Shown here piece by piece: positions 55,325-64,000 of a stretch of 64,000 nucleotides of DNA. Position 1 is the first letter of the stretch; the number at the start of each line of letters is the position of its first letter. Source of the DNA: the human T2T-CHM13v2.0 reference genome, Homo sapiens; the NCBI RefSeq assembly GCF_009914755.1, contig NC_060928.1; one strand, written 5' to 3'. Position numbers and translations under genes: made by a program. The notes beneath the pieces are model-generated. The model saw nothing but the letters and a program-made list of their open reading frames with translations, searched no databases and was not told the origin of the DNA.

Positions 55325-55612
55325 AATGCCTTCATTAAGTCACTCAGTAAATATTTATTAAATGCCTACTACATACCAGTCACCATAGTGTTGGTGATAC
55401 CATAGTGTTGGTGATACAACAGTGAAATAAGTCTCTCTCCCTGCCTTCGAGGTGCTGCTTTTAGTTTACTCCATTGCTGCATTTGAATTTTTCATTAAAC
55501 TCTGGAGAATGGGCACTAGGTCTCATTCATCTCTGCACTCTCAGTGTCCTGCTGAGTTCCTGGCATACAATAGATCCACAATGAAGGCTTGTTGAATAAG
55601 TGAATAAATAAA
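55325..55612. mobile_element. Two L2 3'-end fragments in opposite orientation
   Basis: CTCAGTAAATATTTATTAAATGCCTACT and CCTGGCATACAATAG...TTGTTGAATAAGTGAAT. Confidence 0.65.
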
Positions 55613-56569
55613 CAAAGGAATTAATTAAGAAACAGAGGCTACTGAACAAATATCTAAAGATCTAGGTAGCCCTGAGACCATTGAAGTAAGAAGCAATATC
55701 CATTTTTCTCTCTTCTTTGAGTTTAGAAAACAAAACAGACTTACTCTTTGCCACGATTCCTGCCATCTGGCTCCCAACCAGCCTCCAGAACCTGCCATTT
55801 TCCCATGAACATATTATTTCCTCCTGCTCTTTCATTTGTTCTATATGAAAAAGTTGTCCAGAGTAGCACAAGGAGCAAGCTGTTTAGTTTAATAAGCAGC
55901 CAATTAGCCAGAGTTTCTTCCCCTTCGATCTCCCAAAGCAGGTCACGTGGTGGGTTATTGCTAGCTTTTCAGATTTATCTAATACTTGCATTTTCTTCTG
56001 TGAATTTATTAGATCAGTCCTGAGCCACAGGTGACCCAGAAATCTGGTGGCTTATAGGAAGTAGAATGTAACAAAAGTGTCATTCTTGTGTCCTGAAATT
56101 CACTATGTATGTGAACTCCACATTTGAGCAGGGCATGGAATCAATTTGCAATTATTTACTAACAATGGCCCAAAGAGTCATCCTGTCCCCCTGAGCCTAG
56201 GAAAAGCCTATTTAAGTGACTTCTCAGGAGGTTCCCTGAAGATGTTCAGGCACTCAGCACCAAGCACCACCCTCTGGATGCTTCCACTTAGAGATCTAGG
56301 GAGAAATCGGGCTTTGTCCATCAAAACTGTGTGGAGAGTTCTAGTTAGTGAAGAAGAATGATCAGCATAATGTCACCTGTCTGCATATAGATCATTAGCC
56401 TGGACATTTTTGTTTCTGGGTTTGAAGCAATCACCATACATGAATCATGTTACTTTCAAGACTATGATAATTCTGGCAGATTATAAAACAGCAAAATAAA
56501 TAAATAAGAAGAAAGACTGTGATAACTGTGTAGAACAGAAAACTCTTCAAAAGCTTCTTTGGCAAGAAT

Positions 56570-56950
56570 AGTATTCATTCATTTAACTAAAAACTTACCT
56601 ACAAAGTGAGAGACAGCAAACTAGCCAATAAAGATGAGCATAGACAGGTTCCTGTCCTGGAGGGACTTACAATCTAAGGAGTAAGAAGAGGTCAAAGGAA
56701 GGGGGATTATTTCGAATTTATTAAGTGCTGTGGAAGAACGTATACAAACTACTCTGACAGTAAAGAGGTAAGCGAAATCTGCTCTAATTTATACAATGGA
56801 GGCTGTGTAGCTCAGCGGTTAAGAATGCAAACTCTGGAGACAGATGCCCCAACCCCACAGCCCAGTATCTAAGCCTCACAGGGTGTGAGAACTCAAGGAC
56901 TAAATGAGTTAATACAAGCACTTGGTGAACACTTACCAGTTGTTAGCTCC
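56570..56950. mobile_element. L2 fragment followed by a MIR fragment
   Basis: TTCCTGTCCTGGAGGGACTTACAATCTA; GCGGTTAAGAATGCAAACTCTGGAGACAGA. Confidence 0.6.
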
Positions 56951-57636
56951 TCTCCCCAAATGAAGCTATCAGGCTTGTTCTATCCATTGCTATTTAAAAT
57001 GATCTTTGCCCCATGTGTAACTCCATTTTTTTCTCATTATTGAATATTAATTTCACTCTCCGGAGTTTTTGCTAAAAATATAAATAAAAATTGTTGTTGC
57101 GCATTAGCTGTTAAAAGCTGTTTCCAAGACCAATGAGTGTGTTGGCAACAACAACAACAAAATCAGGCTTGGAAGGACATAGGTCCCAAAAACATAGCCA
57201 ATTCGAGGTGGCCACTAGTGCAACATGAAAGAGTATTCAAGTCTCCCAGTGTCTAGGAAACGAGTTTTTTCAGTACAAACAGGTATACTGTTGAGCCCCA
57301 GGATAGAAGAAGGGACTCCAACTGACAAATTTTAAGGTATGGCCACAGGCAGTTCCAAATACCTATTTAATCCCAAAGCTATCTTTGGGTTATGTTTTGG
57401 GGATGGGGGTGAGGAATTCTGTCCCTACCTCTTCATTTTTCATAGGGAAAGAGAGAAATTTCTAAACTCCAGCCCTTGGAGGAAAGGACTAGAAACACTT
57501 CTGGACTCTCCTGACCCCTCCCCATCTCCTTCCCAAGAAAGGGGGAATGATATCTCTGATTGGTGACATAGGAAAGAAGAAATAGCATTGGTCTTTGGTC
57601 ACTTTTCTCTCTCTTTTAGAGGGCCTGATCTCAGAA

Positions 57637-58063
57637 TGCTATAGGCTGAATTGTGTTCCCCTACGAAACAGATGTTAAATTCCCAACCCCCCAATGCCTT
57701 AGAATGTGACCTTATTTGGAAATAGGGTCTTTAATGAGGTAATCATGTTAAAATGAGGTTATTAGTGTGGTCCCTAATTCAATATGATGGGTTTCCTTAT
57801 AAAATGAGGAAATCTGGACAGAGACAGACGCAAGAAGAGGGAAGGTAAAGTCAAGAGGCAGGCAGAATACCATGTGACAATGAAGGCAGAGATTAGAGTT
57901 AATGCCACCACAAGCCAAGGCATGTGTGGGGCTACCAGAAGCTGGAAGAGGCAAGGAAGGATTCTTCCCCCGTAGGCTTCAGAGGGAGCATGGTCCCCAC
58001 TGACATCTTAATTTCAGACTTGTAGTCTCCAGCGCTGTGAGACCATATATTTCTGTTCTGAGC
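57637..58063 (+). mobile_element. MLT1B/C LTR
   Basis: AGAATGTGACCTTATTTGGAAATAGGGTCTT; CCAGAAGCTGGAAGAGGCAAGGAAGGATTCT. Confidence 0.9.
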
Positions 58064-58600
58064 TCTAGCCAACTGGTACACAAAACACTTTCTCCACTCA
58101 CCCTGCCGTAGACTGCCTTCCCCTACAAAGAAACCTGCATGTTCATCCTGTTCAGTGACTAAAAGTGTTGAATTGAATAGATGTGAAGTGGGTATGGCCA
58201 GGAAGGGGGTCCCCTTTTCTCAACAGATTTCATTGGTAGCAAAGCGAATCATTTGATGTGTATCTTAAGTCTCAGTCGTTCCTGAATTTGGAGTGGGGAG
58301 AGAGTCCTGATTTTCTAGCCTAAACCCCAAATCTAGGCTGAGGCACATACTTTACACGTATTAATGCATGTAATCTTCATAATAAGCCTACAAGAATATG
58401 TCCTATTATTATGCCCATTTTATAGGTAAGAGAGTTTAGGCATGAAGAGGTCACATACCTTTCCCAAGGACAATGAATGCTGAGGACTGAACTGCAGGCA
58501 GCCTGGGGCCAGAGTCTACATCCTTGCCCACTAAGGGGTGCTGCCTCCCCAAGGGCTACATTCCAAGGAATAAGTCATCAAATGGTTCTATTAAATGGGA

Positions 58601-58687
58601 GTCTAAGGGTAATCACTGTGGTCCTCCCTATGTACATGTTAATAAGTTTGTATGCCTTTTCTCCAATTAAAAAATAATAATAAAAGG
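58601..58687 (+). mobile_element. Short MER4-group (MER34/39-like) LTR fragment with an A-rich tail inside an old hAT MITE
   Basis: ATGTACATGTTAATAAGTTTGTATGCCTTTTCTCC followed by an A tail; flanks AAATGGGA/AAAGGGA. Confidence 0.55.
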
Positions 58688-61142
58688 AAAGGGATTCTGT
58701 GGTCAAATTTATCAAGAGAACCCTGGGTGAAAAGAAGTGTTTTCTTTAATCTCTTCTAATCTTCTCAGAGTCCTTACAATGCCAACATGTCTTGTGACTG
58801 TTAATCAGGATATGGAGCACAGCGTTTGACCACAGAGCACTTTTCAGGGAGCACTTCTTGGGACTAGTGTTCTGAAGAACACCAATTTGGGTCTGAGAGA
58901 ATATTTTGAGTGGGAGGTACTCTTTCATTTGGATATAGTTCTAGAATCTTTTATAATTTCTATAAGCCAATCAAAATGCTCAGAAATCCCTTAGTTTAAA
59001 TTTTACAAAGCGTTTAATAGGGCTTAGAGGGAAGGCCGGGCATTGAGATCCACACGCTGAAGCGGACACATGTCCCAGCCACAGAAATAGAAGACACTGG
59101 AATGACTGTAACACCAGAACACAGCCTACCTACCTGCGGAAGGTAAGGCACAGCCTCACAGGAAGATGGGATGATTTCAAAGAGGAGTTGGACTTGAGCA
59201 GGCCTTGAAGGATGAGTGGGACTTCAGGCAATCATTTTGGATTAACTACCTTAGGACAAAATCTCTCTGTTCCAGGATGGAGTCAGACATCCTGCTGACT
59301 CTTGAGATCTGTTTTGATCCCACAGTTTGGACAGAGAAATTTTCCTACAGCTAAGAAAAGATCATAAATTGGTAGCCTTTAGGAAGGATGTGACCAGCAG
59401 ATCCTTGTTTGGACAACACGATGTGGCTGGTGTGTGTGTGTATACGTATGTGTATGTGTACGTGTAGGTTTAATTTCATGTATATACTCTTGGGACTCAC
59501 CATCTCTCCCATTTTACTGTCCAGTAAATGTCCAGTCCCGGAAGTTATCTGAGCTCCCCTTTCTAGGCTGATGTAATCACATGCACAACTAAAAGATGAG
59601 GTGCCTTTACGCCCCTGTCAACATTTCGGTATGACTGACAGTATCATGGGAAACATCAGAGAGGAAGGTTCTTCCCAACCCTTTTCAGCGTATATGTTTT
59701 GTTACTTACCAGAACCTGCCTCCAAAATGAATTCCCACTGTAGAGCAGTGGTATATATATTTGCACTAGTCCTGCCTATTCAGTATTCAACTTCAGTACT
59801 TTATATAATGGGTTATATTACATTAAACTAGATAGATCTATCATCCTCTTAAATGTGGTGGGGAAAAGGAGAAGCACAGGATGCCAAGTAATTTAAAATA
59901 TAATCTTTAAAAATCATTAGATAATGATCTGCAGGCCAGCTAAGTCATTTTCCTAAGGAGATTTTTGTCTTGAAATCTTTTACAGTTTTGGTTGTTCTAT
60001 AGCAGGATGGTTGCTTCACCAATGTTCAGAAAGTAAACATTATATGCTTATAACATATTGTTATGGTTATAGGCACTTGAGTGCAATAAAATACATCCCT
60101 ACCCACAATACTCTCAGTAGAAGCGTCACCCCAAGAACTACTCTATGCCTGCTTATATTAATAATTACAGTCACAGGAGGACTGGACAATGATGTCAACA
60201 GAAAAGCTTTTTTGAGCTCATTTTTTCCTTTGCTCCTCAAGAGGGGCAGAGATAATCATTTCACTTCCCCAATCAAATTCGGTTCTCACTTTCAGCGACG
60301 CTGCAAATGGAATTGACTTTTTTCTTTCACCTTTGCACCGGCATTTTCCTAGTGGGACGTTGTGATTCTGAGAGTCCACAGGATTTTGCAGAGCACTACT
60401 GTGGAAATGCTCTTACTTCTGACTTCCTAGCCTCCCCTCTGGGCACTCATTCCCTCCGAAGGGCTTGGGTGGTGGGAAGAACAGGGCAGAGGATTGTGCC
60501 AGCGGCAGTCACTCCCTCACTGGAGAGCGGTTGCCCCTGTCCCTTAGCAGATATCGCTGTCTTCCTCTCACAGGGCAGGAAACTGCAGTCATGTGGACAG
60601 TAGGGCACTGAGAGCAGCCAGCATTGAAATGTTTATAAGTGAACAGAAAACAATGAGTTGGAAAGGGTGGAGCAGGGGACTTTGCTCTTCATTATAAACC
60701 CTGCACTAATTGATGGGTTAACTAAATATTATTAGTATAATTTTTTTAAGTTTAAGTCCTCCCTTAAATGTTTGGACTGCTGCCCCAACCCCTTGCTACA
60801 CTTTGCAGGCAAAGCTTCCTGAAGGAATTGTCTACACTTCCTATATCTCCTTCTTCACCTCTCCTTCAATCTTACTGAAAAAAAAAGGAAAAAAAGTTGT
60901 AATGTGTAAATGATTTTTATCAATATGTGCATAGAATTTTAAATATTTGGCTAGTACTAAGAGGCTTTAATGAAAACTCACATTCCCCTGCCCAGCCCAC
61001 AGTCCTGTTCCCCTATCCCACTCCCAGTGGAAACCACCTTCAACTTTCATGCTGTTTTTACTGGTAACGATTTACTGCTATTTCTTGATCTATTTTAATT
61101 TTTTAAAATTCACCTCCTGTTATAGAAGTTGAACTCTGTCAA

Positions 61143-61144
<2 letters not shown>

Positions 61145-61182
<38 letters not shown>
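61145..61182. repeat. (CA)n microsatellite
   Basis: Read directly. Confidence 0.95.
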
Positions 61183-61185
<3 letters not shown>

Positions 61186-61660
61186 AACTTCCCTTTCTTT
61201 CTTCATCCTCTCAATATCACTTTACTATAATGTTTGGCTAAGTCAGCAGTCACAGTCATTGACATTACTATGAGCAGTAAATATTCACTGCTTGACCCAA
61301 GTTGTTCCTTATGAATATTGTGGTTTATCCTAGAGTTTAAACTGTCTTTGCTTAGCTTTCCATGTAGCTAACATTATATTTTTTCTAAATGTTCTGATAG
61401 AGCTGCTGAAACTCTACTAATAATTTTTGCCAGACATCTGAACACATCAGTTCCTTCTTCACCTGGCAACCTCCCTCCTAAAGACCTCTGTATTCTACCC
61501 CAGGTAGGATAAGCTGGTTGCCCTCTTGAAAGACCTGTGCATGAAACCTCACTCTTTCCTCTGTTGTATCCCCTTCTATTAATCAAGGTAAGGTAACTGC
61601 CATTATAAATAGATCTCAAAATGTATAAAAACACACTATTGAAGTCTATTTCCTACTCAC

Positions 61661-61935
61661 TGCTATGGACTGCATTGTGTCTCCCCCTCCTATGCCATAT
61701 GCAGTGAAGCTCTAACTCCGGTGTTTATAGATAGGCATTTTAGGAGGTAATTAAGGTTAAATGAGGTCCTAAGGGCCGGCTCCTAATCCCATAGGATTGG
61801 TGGCCTTATAAGAAAAGGAGGATATTGCAGCACCTTGATCTTGGACTTCCTAGCTCCAAAACCATGAGAAATTAATGTTCATTGTTTATGCCCCCCAGCC
61901 CATGATATTGTGATATAGCAATCCAAACTAAGACA
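61661..61935 (+). mobile_element. MLT1A-like LTR, internally deleted
   Basis: TGCTATGGACTG...CACCTTGATCTTGGACTTCC...AACTAAGACA. Confidence 0.85.
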
Positions 61936-63090
61936 CGTACAAAATTGTATAGTGAACTAGTTGGCAGGAAGCCCTCTTCCATGCAGCCACTCAGAGACCA
62001 GGTTGACAGGAGCGCTTTGCTGTCTTTAACACACTCCATTCGGTTTGCCTGGGAGCCATTCCCATTCCAGCCAGCCCAAAGGGGAAATGAGCATGGAGGA
62101 ATATGTGTGGTAAGTTTTTATAGGCCAGACCTGGAAATGGTGCCATTCATAAACACTACTGTTAAAGTGGCTATGAGTCAGCCATGTGGGCACACTTAAT
62201 AGCAAGAGGAGCTAGGGAATGTAGTAGTGTGTCCCAGGAAGAAAGCAGCATGGGTCAGGGTAAGTGGTTGGCTGACTGCCACACCTCTGTGTATTGGATC
62301 TCGTTTTCCTTTTGTATTGCTAGAATTTATACACCAATAGTTTTCTTTGATTCAAATGTACATGGAAGGGGAATTCTTCAGTCTTTACATGTCAAAAAAC
62401 AATTTTACCTCATACTGACTCAGTTGACTCTGCATATCAAAGTCACAGCTCCACCCTCATCTAGTATTCTGTATGTTACTCAGCAGTCCATGCCATTCTG
62501 CATGCTCATCCTTTTCACTTGCTTTATTTTTTTCTCTTAATAATCTCTTGGTGTTGCATCTTTGTTGCTGGTTCCGAAATACCACGTTTTATTGATTGTA
62601 TTAGGTATTAAGTGTCTCTTTCAATGTGGAAACCCATGAAGTTCAGTTTTAGACATATTATCTCCTTGATAATTTGTTCCCTCTTCCCTCTTTCTCAAAT
62701 TCTGATTAGTCAGAAGTTGGACTTACTGAATTGTTCTAATTTCCTTGCCTACTGCTTTGGAAGAGTCTATTGGAAAAACAGCTTTGAAACAGTTTATTGG
62801 GTGTTCAGTTTTTCCCCACATAACCTATGTGGAGATGTTCCATATAGCCAAGGGATACACCTGTCAAGTGATGGCTATTTATTTTAGTGATTTATTGGGA
62901 AGCAGAGGTCACTGTATCATGTCATACTTGCTTCCCATTCTTCTTTGTTTTCTTTTTCCCTTATTTTCTACCCTGGGATTACACTTCACAATAACGCAAT
63001 CATGCTTTGCCTTAGTCTATATTCTGAAAGGAATCTCCGTATGCATGTCAAGGTTGAGGGGTGTTTGTCAGCTACAAATGTTAGGGTGCT

Positions 63091-63296
63091 TGTTATGGAC
63101 GGAATATTTGTTGAAGGTCTAAGCCTCAATGTGATGGTATTTGGAGGTGGAGCCTTTGGGAAGTAATTAGGTTTAGATGAGGACATGAAGGTGGGCCTCC
63201 CTGATGGAATTAGTATCCTTATATAGCAATAGTTATATACAATTATAAGGATATAAGGATATCCTTATTCTTATAAGAAGAGGAAGAAAGTCCAGA

Positions 63297-63354
<58 letters not shown>

Positions 63355-63548
63355 TGTGCAACATGTGACGACACAGCAAGACAGTGCCTACCTACAAGCC
63401 AGGAAGAGGGCCCTCACTAGGAATGGAATCTTTATGGTCCTTGATCTTGGACTTCCCAGCCTCCAGAATCATGAGAAATTAATATGTGTTGTTTGAGCCA
63501 CCCAGACTATACGGTTTTTTGTTATGAAAGCCCAAACTGACCATGACA
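63091..63548 (+). mobile_element. MLT1A-like LTR containing a (CT)n(GT)n microsatellite at 63300-63358
   Basis: AATGTGATGGTATTTGGAGGTGGAGCCTTTGGGAAGTAATTAGG; TTGATCTTGGACTTCCCAGCCTCCAGAA. Confidence 0.9.
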
Positions 63549-64000
63549 GTACCTTTTCACTGGATGATTCTGAAATTATCAGTACATGTCAGTCTTTTCT
63601 CAGGGGTAATTTAGATTCTCCAGAGAAGAATCCTTCAATCTGCTATCCAGTCTGTTGCCAAAATTCTGGAAGTAGAGCAGGAGAAGGGAGTCCAGAAACT
63701 ACAATTCAGTGTGACAATTTTCTCCATATTAGGCCTCCATGCCTTGTCCTTTTGCCAGTCCTAGTGTCTCAAAGTCAAGAGTCTCTAATCAAATTTCTCC
63801 AGAGAATAAGACTCCTTGGGCAGGTTGGAAGCACATGGGGATAGGGTCTTCTGGCTGGGCCATGTAAGGCAGGGGATTGGTGAGCTCAATCATTCTATAA
63901 AACTTTCAACAAGCATTCCTGTTTTCATCCAGGCTTCTCACCTCTGCCTTCTGTAGTACCTGGAGTACCTGGAGAATCCAAGTGCAGAACATCTAAGGGT

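Overview
Primate (most likely human or hominoid) AT-rich genomic DNA dominated by interspersed repeats: Alu J/S/Y, old and middle-aged L1, L2, MIR, MaLR/ERVL/ERV1 LTRs and hAT/Tigger MITEs. No intact protein-coding gene, RNA gene or prokaryotic system is visible. The window opens in the decayed env and 3' LTR of a PABL/HERV-R(b)-type provirus. The most unusual signal is a ~480-bp non-repeat island at 20642-21124. Its nearly open frame shows four co-linear motif blocks resembling the filovirus VP40 / bornavirus M matrix fold, making it a candidate non-retroviral endogenous viral element (by-eye match, needs a profile search). Other highlights are about 12 exon-like segments with canonical splice sites on the minus strand (candidate decayed gene or lncRNA, with one locally duplicated exon), an apparently spliced ancient L1MC, two twin-primed 5'-inverted L1s, a short polyadenylated LTR retrocopy and three template-switch scars. 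Subfamily names and reference protein sequences are from memory, not from a database search.
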